The notes: generated from the sequence alone by a model not told the origin. Counted from the whole stretch's first letter, positions 9,568 through 22,090 are shown. The stretch is 62,094 nt of DNA, filler included, from 10 parts of 10 records of this genome joined end to end with filler, not necessarily neighbours in it; one strand, 5' to 3'. Made by a program: numbers and translations.

Positions 9568-11358
9568 TTAGTTACCCTCGTTCCAGCCTCTATCGTCGTC
9601 CTTTTGCACAAGGTTCTCATCGTCTCTTTGCACCGCTACTTGGCCCACCCCATCCACCTGCACTAGATACGGCACCACGAGCCTCTCTGGCCAATGCGAC
9701 TGTCGAAACCCAACTTGCTCCACCTTCCCCGCCAGCCATCGGATAGCCCTCCCCTCATCCGGCCCACCGGCCACGCCAATGCAACAGCGCACGCCATCTC
9801 CTTGTTTGAATCTGAGCTGCGTGGGCTCAGTTGCCTCAGCGGATGGCTGCGTGGGCTCAGACGGAGCGACGCACCACTGCAACAGTTTCTCGGGCGCCAC
9901 GTCCTGCCCTGACAGACTAGTGTTGCATCCGATTGGGACACAGGCTTCCCGCCGGCATATCCGAGGATGATCGATCATCACGCTCTTCAGTTTGGACAGC
10001 GGCGGGTCCATCTGCACTACATACGGGATCTCCATCGGTGGCCTCGACCCACTCGGGCAAGTGAACGGTCGCGCAGCTGCGAGCTGATCAATCGGGACTT
10101 CATTCACCTTCTTCACGGTCCCTGTTGCCCACTTGGCCCCCAGATTGACCAACGCGCGATCGCCCACGGCCAGCCCGACAGGAGGCTGGAGCGTGACCTT
10201 GGTGGCGGTGAGCAGCTGGCACTTGTAGTCAGTTGCAAGCATCGAGCGCTCGTTTTGACCAAACTTGCAACAAAGCTCGGTGCACTGATCCACTCGGAGC
10301 CCGATCCCGTTAGCCGCCTGCACGAGCTCGTCCATGCACAACTGGGCAGTTGGCGTCTCGCTGAGCTCGTTGTGATGCCATAGCAGAGGTCCTAGATTGA
10401 CCCACACGCCACCCTCGCGCAGGCACTGGTAGATAGTATGCAAGTAGTCAAATATGTCGTGCGCGGTGTCGATGAAGAAATGGGTCACCACTGCGTCCCA
10501 TAACCCAGCCTCTTCCGACTGGCCGGCAGTCTCTACGAAGTCTCCCAGGTGGTATTCTAGCGACCCGGCCCGATGCAACAGCTCGCCTGCCGGCACGTCC
10601 GGCACTTTAAAGCTTTGCAGGCAGTCCTCCACCTTGAGGCAATTGGCAGGCGAGGTGACCCACGGGTAAATCGTCACGCATTCGGGATTCCGGACCATGT
10701 TTAGTATAAAGTGTGCAGGTAGCGCCATATACTGAGACAGCTCGATGGCCCTCACATGGTACCCATCGGCTGCCAGCTCCGATGCTAGCCGCCCAAGCCC
10801 AGCACCCGGCACGAGCACCCGCGCCCCCGTGCTCTCCTGCTCTAGCGAGCGTTGCAGCGCTCCCAGGATCGCCTCGTGCTGCTCTTGCCGCTCCTGGGCG
10901 CCATGCACGCTCCACTCGCGCGCTAGCTGTACAATCACCGCACGCACCAGCTCCTGCTCGTCCAGTTCCTCCGCCAGGCCTCCCTGCTCAGGCGGCGGCC
11001 GGCCCTCGTTGGACGGACTACCGCACGACGCAGCAATGTCCTTGAGCAGATCGGCGTTGGACTTGACGGCGGTCATCATCCGTCCCACCCGCTCGCTCAG
11101 GTCGGGCAGCAGCACATAGTTCCGCGGATTCATCTGGAGCTTCTGGAACGGCAGTATCACGCTCCGGTGCGCCACCGCCGCGTACCGCCCGAATGCCCGA
11201 GTCACCAGCTGCAGGTCTTCGTTTTCATCCGGAGGCTGGTCCCCGCCGTCGCTCTCGCTGCGACTCCTGGAGCGCTTTGGCTCCGGCGGCGCGGCAATGC
11301 AGGTCGCCCCACCATTCTCTCCGCTCGGCCCGAACCTGGTGACTCGACCGGACAACAT
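9568..11358 (-). CDS. CARNMT1: Carnosine N-methyltransferase (N2227 family) with C-terminal SH3/Tudor-like repeats
   Basis: REWSVHGAQER, VLVPGAGLGRLA, VVTHFFIDTA and WVNLGPLLWH motifs; extra ~200-aa C-terminus. Confidence 0.85.
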   Translation of the reverse strand: MLSGRVTRFGPSGENGGATCIAAPPEPKRSRSRSESDGGDQPPDENEDLQLVTRAFGRYAAVAHRSVILPFQKLQMNPRNYVLLPDLSERVGRMMTAVKSNADLLKDIAASCGSPSNEGRPPPEQGGLAEELDEQELVRAVIVQLAREWSVHGAQERQEQHEAILGALQRSLEQESTGARVLVPGAGLGRLASELAADGYHVRAIELSQYMALPAHFILNMVRNPECVTIYPWVTSPANCLKVEDCLQSFKVPDVPAGELLHRAGSLEYHLGDFVETAGQSEEAGLWDAVVTHFFIDTAHDIFDYLHTIYQCLREGGVWVNLGPLLWHHNELSETPTAQLCMDELVQAANGIGLRVDQCTELCCKFGQNERSMLATDYKCQLLTATKVTLQPPVGLAVGDRALVNLGAKWATGTVKKVNEVPIDQLAAARPFTCPSGSRPPMEIPYVVQMDPPLSKLKSVMIDHPRICRREACVPIGCNTSLSGQDVAPEKLLQWCVAPSEPTQPSAEATEPTQLRFKQGDGVRCCIGVAGGPDEGRAIRWLAGKVEQVGFRQSHWPERLVVPYLVQVDGVGQVAVQRDDENLVQKDDDRGWNEGN

Positions 11359-11433
11359 CCGTCCGGCTCCTTGTTCCGTTTTTTTTCGTTACTCGCCGGT
11401 CGGTGAGGAGATCACTCCGGAGCAGCTTGAGTA

Positions 11434-12983
11434 ATGCGTTCGAGCGGCGTCCTCCTCGGGTTTCTTCTGGTTGTCGGCGCACGCGCAGACAGGCGGTCGG
11501 ACCGTGTGCTCCACTTCCCGGGCGTGGATGGCGAGCTGCCGAGCCCAATGTATTCAGGTGAGCTCGCACAGCAGCGAGCCCTCACCTGCTCGGGGCAGGA
11601 TACCTCAAGGGCCGCGCGGGCAGCCAGACCTTCTACAGCCACTACACCTTCACACACAGCCAGCGATCACCGGCCGCCGACCCAGTGGTGCTCTGGCAGC
11701 AGGGCTCGGGCTCCTCGTTCGGGGTGGGCTTCCTGACCGAAGTCGGCCCCATGCGGCTCGATCGCGGCGCCCTCGCCCGCAACGCCTCATTACCCCGGGC
11801 CGCCCACAACCCGCACTCGTGGGACCGAGTGTCCAACCTCCTCACCTTCGAGCATCCGCCGGGAGTGGGCTTCTCTTATTGCGTTGACAGCAGCGGGCAG
11901 CGCACAGCGTGCCACTGGAACGACCAGACGCAAGCGGCAGCGTTCCGCGAGAGCGTCGACCAGTTCTACAGCGCCTTCCCTGATTTTAGCGCCAACCGGC
12001 TCGTCATCTTCGGCGAGAGCTATGCTGGACTTTACGTCCCCTTCCTGCTCCAGGAGCTGCTGCGGCACCCTGAGAGCGTGGCTAGCCAGAGGCTGCACAC
12101 CTTTGCGATTGGCAACGGCTGCACAGGCACTCGCGGCTCGTCTGAGGCGCACCGCGGCACATGCAATGGTGACGCCTCGCCGATGGGTTCGCCGATGGCT
12201 TTTTGCGGTGCAGTCGAGCATGTCGTGAGCTTCCTGAGCGCTCACGCTGCACTGCCGCCGAGCACAGTGTCTAGCATCCAGGCAGCATGTGGCTTTCCCT
12301 GTGCCAACGCCACTAAGTGGGGCACAGCCTGCGGCAGCTTTGGTCCGGGCTGCATGGCTGAGCTGGAGCGAGCCAAGCAGATTGTGGGCGAGTTCTACCT
12401 TTACAACTTCTACGACACCTGCGGCGCAGGCGATGAGCTGAGTGTGGATACGGCTGAGGGTCCTCCAGTGGACGGTTCGGGAGGCTCGCCATATCCATGT
12501 GACACTATGAAGGCAGCGGCTGCGCTGTGCAACAACGAAGAGGCGAGGGCGGCGCTGCACATGAAGCCTATCTCGTTCTACGGCAGAGAGTGGGCTGCTG
12601 ATGCCTTTGGGCACAATGATTCGATGGTGTATGACACTTACAGCGGATGCTCATACTGCCTTTACCCCGAGCTGCTCAAGCACTACAACGCGGTGATTTA
12701 CAACGGCGACTTCGACACCTGTGTGCCGTGGAGCCAGAATGCGCAGTGGACGAGCACCCTGGCTGAGGAGGAGGGCTATGCGACCCTCAGCCCTTGGCAC
12801 GCATGGCCGCAGAGTCGGCGGAGCGGCCAGGCTGCGTCCGGCTACGCAACCAGCTACCGGGCTGGGCCGACTACCAACCTCACCTTTGTGACGGTGAAGG
12901 CCGCAGGTCACATGGTGCCGACCTACCAGCCTGCCCTCGCATTTGATTTGCTGGTGCGCGTGTTGGCTGGCACCGGCTTTTGA
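11434..12983 (+). CDS. Secreted serine carboxypeptidase (family S10); intron 11558-11598
   Basis: Signal peptide; MYSG|YL across a 41-nt intron; PPGVGFSY, GESYAG, YNGDFD and AGHMVP motifs. Confidence 0.92.
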
Positions 12984-13442
12984 TTCCTACGGTTCATTTT
13001 TCCACTACTGCTCGCTCGTAAGGTTAGCTTTAATAACAGAAATAAACTAATCAGTGACACGTGTATATGCAAGATATGGTACGTACTTGCGTCGACGCTT
13101 GTTTGCTTCATTCTAGCTTCATTCAGCAACCAAGCACGTTCTTCGCCCCTGCCGGCGGGGCCCTGGCANNNNNNNNNNNNNNNNNNNNNNNNNNNNNNNN
13201 NNNNNNNNNNNNTTAATTAATTAANNNNNNNNNNNNNNNNNNNNNNNNNNNNNNNNNNNNNNNNNNNNTTAAATCGATCCCTGAATCTCTTGTTTTAATT
13301 AAAAACGCGTGGATCTACGTAGTCTACTGTACTTTAGTACAGGTACGGCTGTACATGCCGTAAGTTTTACAGAGCTCAGGCAATTTTAAACCCCGGCGCC
13401 ATCCCGGGACGAGAGCACCGCGGGTCGCGGTAGCAGCAAGCG

Positions 13443-16400
13443 ATGGGGGCGCGGATCCAGCAGCTGGAGGTGAATAACTTCAAGTCGTATCACGGCGAGA
13501 ACGTGATCGGGCCCTTCTCGGACTTCACTGCCATCATCGGCCCGAACGGGGCCGGCAAGTCAAACTGTATGGACGCTATCTCGTTCGTGCTGGGGGTGAG
13601 CTCGGCCAAGTTGCGCGGATCTCGGATCACCGACCTGATCTACAGGCCCGAGGGTGAAGAGCCGGAGGATCAGACCCGCAAGGCGGCGGTCACACTGGTG
13701 CTGGTGGAGGAGAGCGGCGCCGAGGTGCGGATGGGGCGTACCGTGGCGCCGAATGGGAATTGCGACTACCGGCTGAACAACAAAGTGGTGACCCATGAGG
13801 CGTTCGACGCTCAGCTCAAAAGCTACGGCATCCTGGTCAAGGCCCGCAATTTTTTGGTCTTCCAGGGCGACGTGGAGGCTGTGGCGCAGAAAAAGCCCAA
13901 AGAGCTGACGGGCCTGCTGGAGATCATCTCCGGGTCGGGCGAGCTGAAGGACGACTACGATAGGTTGAAGCAGGAGAAACTGGAGGCGGACGAGGCGCTG
14001 ATACTGGCCAGCGGCAAGACTAAGAACATCAGGGCTGAGCGGAAGGTGGCCAAGGAGCAGAAGAAGGAGATGGAGAGGTTCAACGAGATCCTGGAGCAGG
14101 AGGCTGAGCTCAAGAGCAATCATATGCTCTGGAAAATGTTCCACGTCGAGACTGAGATCGCCGAGGTGGTCGAGGAGATTGATTCGATGCGCGAGTCTGT
14201 CGAGGATGCCAAGGCGGAAGTGGAGGCCGCGGAGGGCGAGGTGCAGGGCAAGATTCAGGAACGGGCGGCGTTCCAGCGGGAGGAGAAGCAGCAGCAGAAG
14301 AAGATCGAGGAGAAGCGGAAAGCGATTGAGACTCTGGCACCAAAGCGGATCGAGCTCGAGGAGAAGATGGCGCACACGGAGAAGAGGAAGAAGTCAGCTG
14401 AGTCCAACCTCAAGACGCTTCGCAAGAGCGCGGATAAGCAGGGCAAGGTGGCCCAGAAGATTGCGGCCGATCTGGGTCAGCTCAAGCAAGCGTTTGACGA
14501 GTTTGAGGAGCAAGCTGCGGTCGAGCAGGGCAGCAAGGGGCTCAAGCTGGGCGCCAACCAGCAGGCCGAGTACAATAAGCTTAAGGAGCGGGCAGGGCTG
14601 GAGGCGCACGAGCTCAAGGCGGACCTTAAGAAGCAGACCCAGCTGCGTGATCGGCTGCAGAAGGACTTTGACAGTAGGTCGACAGGGATCAAGCAGCTAC
14701 TCAACCAGAAGCAGCAGCTGCAGGAGAAGGTCGTGGCCCTGAACGACAAGCAGCAGGCCAACGCGCAGGAGACGGCCGACTGTAAGGATGAGTTGACCAG
14801 CGTGACCAAGGAGCTCAAGGCGATCAGCTCCGACGACGGGGCCGCGCGTGAGCGTGAAGCCAAACTCGAGGAGCGTCTGGGCAAAGTAGACCAGGTACTA
14901 CAGAACGCTAGAGCCGACCGGCACGAGAGCCGAAAAGAGGCTCAGCAGCGCGAGGCGCTTGAGACGCTGAAGCGGCTTTACCCTGGAGTGCATGGCCGGC
15001 TGTTTGATCTATGCTCGATCGTGGACCGCAAGTACAACGTGTCTGTGACGATTGCACTTGGAAAGAACATGGACGCCGTGGTGGTGGATGACGATAAAAC
15101 AGCGATTGATTGCATCGACTACCTCAAGGCCCAGCGGCTTGGCCGGATGACATTCATCCCGCTGGACATCCGAGCCAAGCCTGTGAACGAGCAGCTGAGG
15201 GCCGACTGCGCCAACAACAACAACAGGAACCTTGTGCTCGATGTCATCACCTACAACAAGAAGTTTGAGAATGTGCTCTGCTTCGCCTGTGGGGACACAG
15301 TTGTTTGCCCCGATCTGAAGGATGGTCGGAGCTTCTGCTTCGGCAGCTCGACGAGGTACAGAGCTGTCACACTTGATGGTATGATGATCTCAAAGAACGG
15401 CAACATGGCCGGGGGCAACAGCAGTGAGACCATGCGCTCGAACCGGTGAGCTGAGCGGCCGGCGCAGTATGTGACTGCTGGTTTGGCAGGTGGGAGGAGA
15501 AGGAGATGACGGAACTTAAGCAGAAGCGCGACAAGTGGAGGAATGAACTGAATGAGATTCGACACTCAACCGCCTCAATTGAAAAGCAGACCGAGCTGCG
15601 CGGGCAGATGGGCTCGCTCGAAAACAAGGTGCAGATGCTCCAGCATGCTCAGAAGCAGGACGCAGCCAAGCTCAAGGCACATGAGGAGAATATTAAGTCT
15701 TACAATAAGCAGATCAAGAAGCTCAGCCCGGACCTGGATCAGACAGGCGAGCAGCTCAAGCAGCAGGAGGACAAAGTGGAAGAGCTCGAAACCCAGATTG
15801 GTGCCATTGAGGAGCGTGTCTTCCGCAAGTTCTCTGACAAGGTCGGGGTGCGGAATATCCGAGAGTACGAGGAGAACACGCTGGTGCAGCAGCAGCAGCA
15901 TAGCGAGAAGAAGCTGACCTTTCAGAAGAACATTCGCCGGCTAGAGGCGGCAATGAAGCTGGAGCAGACCCGTGACAAGAGCGCCGAGCTTGGCAAGATT
16001 GAGAAGCAGGTTGACGGGTACGCCGACACGCTTCAGGAGCTCAAGCAGAAGCACGAGCAGTACTGTGAGCAGACTGCCACGCTCGAAAGCGAGCTAGAGG
16101 AGCAGCAGTCAGCTACAGAGAGCAAGAGCGCTGATGTGAAGCGGTTCGACAGTGAGGTCAAGGAGCTGCGTAAGGCGCTTGATTCTCAACGGAGTGCTAT
16201 GGCAGGGCAACAGAAAAAGGTGGACAGCAAGGAGACGCTGGCGGAGCAGCTGCGTTCCAAGCGCCACTCCTTGTTCCAGCAGACACGACTAGAAGAAATT
16301 CTGCTGCCGCTGGCAGAAGGAAAGGGGGAAGCCGCTAAGGAGGCGGCGCAGTCACGACGAGGTGGTGCCCGTGATGGCCCTGCAAAGCGGCGTCGGACGA

Positions 16401-17275
16401 GTGATGGGCACCACAAAACTGGCTTGCGTCGTGACCTGGACCAGACGGAGCAGTTCCTGGAGCTGGACGGCTCAGTGGACGTGTCCAAGGCAACCAAAGA
16501 CAATGGCTGCGTGAGTGTGGCCCTGAGCTCAGTGCCTGATGATAAGAGGAGACCTGTCACCCAGCAGGATATTGAGCGCGAAGCTGACAAATACCGAGAG
16601 CAACGCAAAGCGCTCATCATGGAAATGGAGAAGATATCCCCCAACACCCGGGCGCTAGATAAGTTTAACGAGGCTGAGGGTCGGCTTAAGACCATGGTGG
16701 ACGAGTTTGAGACAGCCAGAGACAAGTCCAAGGAAGCGATGCAGGCATTCGACACTGTAAAGGCCAAGCGACATGAACTGTTTGTTGCTGCATTCAAGCA
16801 TGTGGCTGGTTGCATCGACGATGTGTACAAAGAGCTGACGTCGTCAGCCAAATGCCCGGCTGGCGGGACTGCTGTCGTCACATTAGAGAACGAGGATGAG
16901 CCCTACTTGCATGGAATTCGATACTATCCTCAGCCGCCCTTCAAGGGCTTTAGGGATATCGACCAGCTCTCGGGTGGAGAAAAGTCGATATCGGCACTGG
17001 CCTTGCTGTTTGCGATCCACAGTTTCAAGCCAGCGCCTTTCTTTGTTTTGGATGAGGTTGACGCGGCTCTAGATACTGCCAACGTCTCGCAAGTTGCCCA
17101 CTTCATCAAGTCGAAGAAAAACGAAACACAGTTTGTAGTGATTTCTCTCAAGGATCACTTCTACGAGAATGCTGATGGACTGGTTGGCGTTTGCAAAAAC
17201 CGTCCAACCCAGAGCTCTGCCATCTTCACGATGGATCTTGCCCCCTACCAGGAAGCAGTCATTCCGAATGCATGA
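13443..17275 (+). CDS. SMC1: Cohesin subunit SMC1; intron 15446-15489
   Basis: Walker A GPNGAGKSN, ARNFLVFQGDVE, hinge region, LSGGEK signature, PAPFFVLDEVDAALD. A 44-nt GT-AG intron joins the two ORFs (NR|WEEKEM). Confidence 0.97.
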
Positions 17276-17821
17276 GCAGCCTGTGTTAGTCACCTACGAT
17301 AACTACTACGTTCAAAAATTTCATGTTTTGCTTACTGCACTACAACCATTTCCGGAACACAGATTGCCCGTTTACTACTTTGCTATGCCCAGGCGCGCTG
17401 CAATATTTGGATTTGTAAAGCCCGTATGAAGTCTGCTCCATGTTCTCTATGCTCGGCAATCGAGCCAGGCGCAGGACAACAGTTGAGTCGTTGGGCTGGC
17501 AAGCGTCCAGCTACTACCGTTAGACCATAAGATTGAGGCAGCTCCATTGAGTGTCGTACGTGTACCACTCTTCATGCGCTCTTACGGTGCAATCGCCTTA
17601 GAATTACTCAATAGTCCTCATGTCTAACATCAATACTTATTATACATGTGCCATAGGATAAAACAGTTTTCATAATTAGAAATATCTCGCAGATTTTAAT
17701 GTTTTTCAAACAAATCGTGCGNNNNNNNNNNNNNNNNNNNNNNNNNNNNNNNNNNNNNNNNNNNNTTAATTAATTAANNNNNNNNNNNNNNNNNNNNNNN
17801 NNNNNNNNNNNNNNNNNNNNN

Positions 17822-18255
17822 GGGGATTCGAGCTCCTGCCCTCTCGCCAGGATCCTCTCGAGCCTGCAGGCCAGTCCGCCAGCAACGAACCGCACCCGGC
17901 TGTCCGACTCGCACTGGGTGTTGCGGACTGCGTACCCCGAGCTCAGCAGCGGCCCCGCCGGCCCCGGATGCTCGGGCAGCGAGTCGTCGCACTCCTCAAT
18001 CCGCTCGGCTGGCGGGGCGCACCGCATCCCCCATCGGCGGATCGGGGCCTCAGTCTGCGACATCGAGCCGGTTGGTCGGAACCGATCGACCGGGGCGCGC
18101 GGGCCGGGCGAGGGGGTGGCCCGCGACCGCTTCATCGGCCTGAACCGCTCGGCCGGGGTCGGGAGGTCCAGCACCGGCTCCGGCTGTCCACCGCGGCCTC
18201 CGCTGGACCGCCGGGCGCGCGAGTGGGCAAACAGCCGGTCTCGGACTTGGTCCAT
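17822..18255 (-). CDS. Hypothetical protein, 5' part (truncated at linker)
   Basis: Open frame from ATG 18255 to the contig end, divergent from the G1PDH-like gene. Confidence 0.4.
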
Positions 18256-18401
18256 CCAGCCCGCCGCCCAGGGAGCTCGCCTAGACCCGGCACGGTAAGG
18301 CCCAGCCGCGGTGGTACGTTGCTGCTTTCGGAGTGCTGTCGCCCCCAACACACCGGCGGGCAGCTGCACGACCGGTTGGCTGGGGCTGCCCGCTGCTGGC
18401 A

Positions 18402-19499
18402 ATGCCGTGCACAGGCTGCGCGCACCGGAAGAGCCCGTTCGGGGAGGTGGACAGCTTCCCTCGAATCCAGTTCCGGGCGCTCGCCCAGTTCCCGGACCCG
18501 GAGGAGCTGGCCGGCTGGCGGCGGCCCGGGCTGGTCTTCTCGCCCTCGGGGCTGGCTGCGTGCGTGCCGCTGAGCCAGCCGGCCGACTCGTTGTTCGCCT
18601 GCCGAGTGGCTGCGCCACCCGCCACCAAGGCGGCCTGGGAGGGACTCGCGCGGGAGCTGGTGGCTCACAGCGTGGACCTGGTGGTGAGTATCGGGGCCGG
18701 CAGCTGCATCGACGCGGCCAAGTATGCCGCCGCCAAGCTGCAGGCACGGCTAATTTGCCTACCGTCAGTCCTCTCCATGGACGCGTTCTTCACTGGCTGG
18801 AGCGGGCACCGAGAGGGACAGTGCGTGCTGTACGAGAGAACCAAGCCGCCCGATCTGATCGTCTGCGACCTCCAGCTGCTGGCGGCTGCACCGCAACACC
18901 TGGCGGCTGCTGGACTGTGCGACGTGCTCTCGATCTCTGTCGGGCTAGCCGACTGGAAACTGGCTGAGGAACGGGGACGGCAAGCGCCGGATCAGCCATG
19001 GGATCCGATGGCAGCCAGAATCGCCGAGCAGATCCTCGAGGCAACGCTGGAGTGTGCCGAGTCGGCCGGCCGGGGCGAGTTGGGCGGGATGCGGCGGCTG
19101 GTGGATGTGCTGAGCCTGGAGGTGACGCTGTGCAACCAGATCGGACACTCACGGCCAGAGGAGGGCAGTGAGCACTACCTGGCCTATTGCCTGGAAGGCC
19201 TGCAAGCCGGGGAGCCGGGGAGGTCCTACACACACGCTGAGTATTTAGGGCCCGGGCTGGTGATAATGAACCAGCTCCATGGGCAGCCGGATATGGCCAA
19301 TCGGATCAAACAGGCATACCGCGCTGCTGGGCTGTCATTCCAAGCCTTCTCTGCTGAGGCTGTGCGTGTGGCTTTGCGGCAGCTGCCGAGCTATTGCGCC
19401 GCACACGATAGCCTACCTTATGGGCTGGCGCACGAACTCACATCAGACCAGATTGAGGAGCTAGACGTGGAGCGATTACTCGAGTTCGATTCCGATTGA
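18402..19499 (+). CDS. sn-glycerol-1-phosphate dehydrogenase-like (EgsA/AraM, Fe-ADH superfamily)
   Basis: IGAGSCIDAAKY, PSVLSMDA, AGLCDVLS...ADWKLA, SRPEEGSEH and HAEYLG match the order of G1PDH motifs. Confidence 0.8.
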   Translation: MPCTGCAHRKSPFGEVDSFPRIQFRALAQFPDPEELAGWRRPGLVFSPSGLAACVPLSQPADSLFACRVAAPPATKAAWEGLARELVAHSVDLVVSIGAGSCIDAAKYAAAKLQARLICLPSVLSMDAFFTGWSGHREGQCVLYERTKPPDLIVCDLQLLAAAPQHLAAAGLCDVLSISVGLADWKLAEERGRQAPDQPWDPMAARIAEQILEATLECAESAGRGELGGMRRLVDVLSLEVTLCNQIGHSRPEEGSEHYLAYCLEGLQAGEPGRSYTHAEYLGPGLVIMNQLHGQPDMANRIKQAYRAAGLSFQAFSAEAVRVALRQLPSYCAAHDSLPYGLAHELTSDQIEELDVERLLEFDSD

Positions 19500-19716
19500 T
19501 TTAAATTTAGAAAATGAAACTAACTAAATCAGGGTGTCTGTTGGCCATCTTCGACTACCTGCGTATATACGTAGTATATACGTAGACTAGCTATCGTAGA
19601 CCGGTGCCCAGCGTTGCTGATCATGCTCCGTGCCCTCCAGTAACGGACAAAACGAGCCGAGGACAGCCCCGGAGAGGACAGCGAGACTGCGTTCGCTCGC
19701 CCGGCTAGTGAGGCTG

Positions 19717-20835
19717 ATGCCAGCCAAGAAGCGGGCGGCAGAGGCCGCGTCGGCCACCACCAACAAGAAGCCGGCCCCAGGCCCGCTAGCCCGGGACCCG
19801 ACCCCGCGCCGGGCCAGCCCCGAAGGTTCGCGCCGGGTGCGGATTCTTTCGCTGAACGTGGCCGGACTGCGGGCCGTGCTGGCCGACTCCGAGGCCGGCG
19901 CGAGCAAGCGAGAGCTGCTCAAGGGGCTGGTGGCCCGGGAGGCCCCGGCGGTGCTCTGCCTGAACGAGCACAAGTTGCAGGAAAGCCACTTGGAGACTGT
20001 GGAGCCTGGGCTGCTCGAACTGCTCGGCCCGGGCTGGGAGGCCCGCCAGTGGCAGTTCTCGGGCCCGCCCGCCAAGAAGGGTTACTCGGGCGTCGCCGTG
20101 CTCGTCCGGTCCGGCGGGCCAGAACCTCCGCTCCAACCGACCGAGCTCAGCTGGCTCGAACCAGGCTTGGGCTCGTTCGGGTCTGACGACGAGATTGCGA
20201 GCTCGGAGGGGCGGGTGGTCGGGCTGGAGCTGCCCTGGTTTGTGCTGCTGGCGGCGTATGTGCCGAACGCTGGCCAGACGCTCCAGCGGCTCGATTATCG
20301 CGTGCAGCAGTGGGATCGGAAGGTGGCCAAGTATATCAATCAGCTACGCGAGGAGAAGGCCAAGCCCGTGCTGCTGATCGGGGACCTGAACTGCTGCCAC
20401 GGTGTGCGCGACATTCACAACTTCTACGACCATCCGGAATTTCCGGACCAGCTCTCCATCAAGCCGTTCGCAGACCAATACAAGGGCAAGAGTGCACTCA
20501 AGAAGGGGGCCGGACTCACAATCCAGGAGCGCGAGTCGTTCAGCGCGATGCTCCAGGAGGCCGATCTGGTCGACACATTCCGCTGCATCCACCCGACTGC
20601 CTCGGGCGCCTTCTCTTATTACTCAGGCAGGTTCCCTATCAACAAGACGCTTAACAAAGGCCTGCGGCTCGACTATGCGCTCGCCTCGGCCTCGATGTGC
20701 ACTGGCCTGGCCCCGGAGAGCAAGGCTGGGCCCGAGCTGCCGCGTGTGCACGACAGCTGGATCTGCCAAGACGACGTGGTGGCCGACCATGCACCGGTCG
20801 GAATCGATGTGCTGGTGCCGGCGTCGAGCGACTAA
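19717..20835 (+). CDS. Exodeoxyribonuclease III / AP endonuclease (APE1-like)
   Basis: SLNVAGLRA, CLNEHK, KKGYSGVA, EGR, YVPN, GDLN, GLRLDY and DHAP motifs. Confidence 0.93.
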   Translation: MPAKKRAAEAASATTNKKPAPGPLARDPTPRRASPEGSRRVRILSLNVAGLRAVLADSEAGASKRELLKGLVAREAPAVLCLNEHKLQESHLETVEPGLLELLGPGWEARQWQFSGPPAKKGYSGVAVLVRSGGPEPPLQPTELSWLEPGLGSFGSDDEIASSEGRVVGLELPWFVLLAAYVPNAGQTLQRLDYRVQQWDRKVAKYINQLREEKAKPVLLIGDLNCCHGVRDIHNFYDHPEFPDQLSIKPFADQYKGKSALKKGAGLTIQERESFSAMLQEADLVDTFRCIHPTASGAFSYYSGRFPINKTLNKGLRLDYALASASMCTGLAPESKAGPELPRVHDSWICQDDVVADHAPVGIDVLVPASSD

Positions 20836-21466
20836 GCGGTCTACTACCTCGAGAATACCAGTCTCGATCGAGCGCCGGTTCTATCACGTGCATAGTCAAC
20901 GCATAGTTGGACGTATTAACTAGGATTGGTCACACCCACGTAATTACGAGTACGTACTCGTATTGTACCATGCAAACGTGATCGTGAGTACGAGTACGTA
21001 TCAATCAATCAATCGATCAATCGTGAGTATTTAATCATGATCATGCGTAGTAATAACCAGCCAACAGCCTAAGCTCCGGTAGGACTGAGCTAGTAAAGTG
21101 CGTCGGTAGAAGGGTTTGCAAGATGATACTTTTAGTTTGATTGCAATCTTACATGCATAATATGTACGTATACATGCATAATGTTATGTCGTATCATAGT
21201 CGTATCACAAGGCTCCGGAGATCTGCTTAGCCTGATACACAGAACGTGAACGTGGCCGGCGTCTGTGCTCTCGCCTCTTTGCTAACTCATCCATCTAGGC
21301 AACTGGCATCAGGCCTTGGCCCTTCCGATCCGATGACGGTGTCTCCTCGGTCGGTGCAGCCGGTGTNNNNNNNNNNNNNNNNNNNNNNNNNNNNNNNNNN
21401 NNNNNNNNNNTTAATTAATTAANNNNNNNNNNNNNNNNNNNNNNNNNNNNNNNNNNNNNNNNNNNN

Positions 21467-22090
21467 CTGTCGACCAGGACTTCGCGCAGCTGACAGGCCT
21501 CCTGGACCGACTCGGAGAGCATCTCGTGCACCCCGGCCGCCCGGTCCACCCGCGACCTGGTCCGACACTCCATCGCCTTGCGCTGCTCCCTAAGCGACTC
21601 CTGCTCCCAAAGGAAATCATCGAGCCGGAATGCGATCGCCGTCCGGAACTTATCCTCATACTGCCGGGTCACACGGCCCACCCGCTCCTCCGCCGGCACC
21701 GAGGCCACCTCCCGGCTCCGCTCCCGATCGGCCCGGCGCTGCGGCCGGCGGCGGACGGCCGAGAGGACGGGCAGGCCGTGCGTGGAGTCGCAAGGGATGT
21801 CCCGGATGAGCATATCGTCCGTCAGCTCGAACGGTGTGCCGTCGTGCTCGGTGTTGATCTGTAGCTCGTCCGGGCTGAGCACCACGTCGCCCGACACCAC
21901 CAGCAGCTTGCTCTTCAGCTGGCGCAGCGTGTTTGCCTCGGACATCTGCAGCTCGGCGGTGTCCACCTGCCCAGCAGCGCTCGGCCGTGCTGGCGGCCAG
22001 CGGGCGCGCCTTGGGCGGGTTCAGGTAGTTGGTCACCCGGAGCGTCACCTGCCTCGGCCCAGGCTTCCGCGAAGCCAGGATGGAGGCCAT
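21467..22090 (-). CDS. Hypothetical protein with ubiquitin-like N-terminus, truncated; GC-AG intron 21967-22009
   Basis: VTLRVTNYLNPPK|VDTAELQMSEANTLRQLK is in frame only after removing a 43-nt GCGCGC...GGGCAG intron. Confidence 0.55.

Noticed and set aside
13560-14884. Long antisense and alternate-frame ORFs overlapping real genes throughout the track
   Set aside because: Shadow ORFs expected from high GC and codon bias; they carry no recognisable motifs.
15421-15510. In-frame TGA and frameshifts in conserved genes suggesting stop-codon reassignment
   Set aside because: Explained by short spliceosomal introns. TAA, TAG and TGA all terminate genes in this window.
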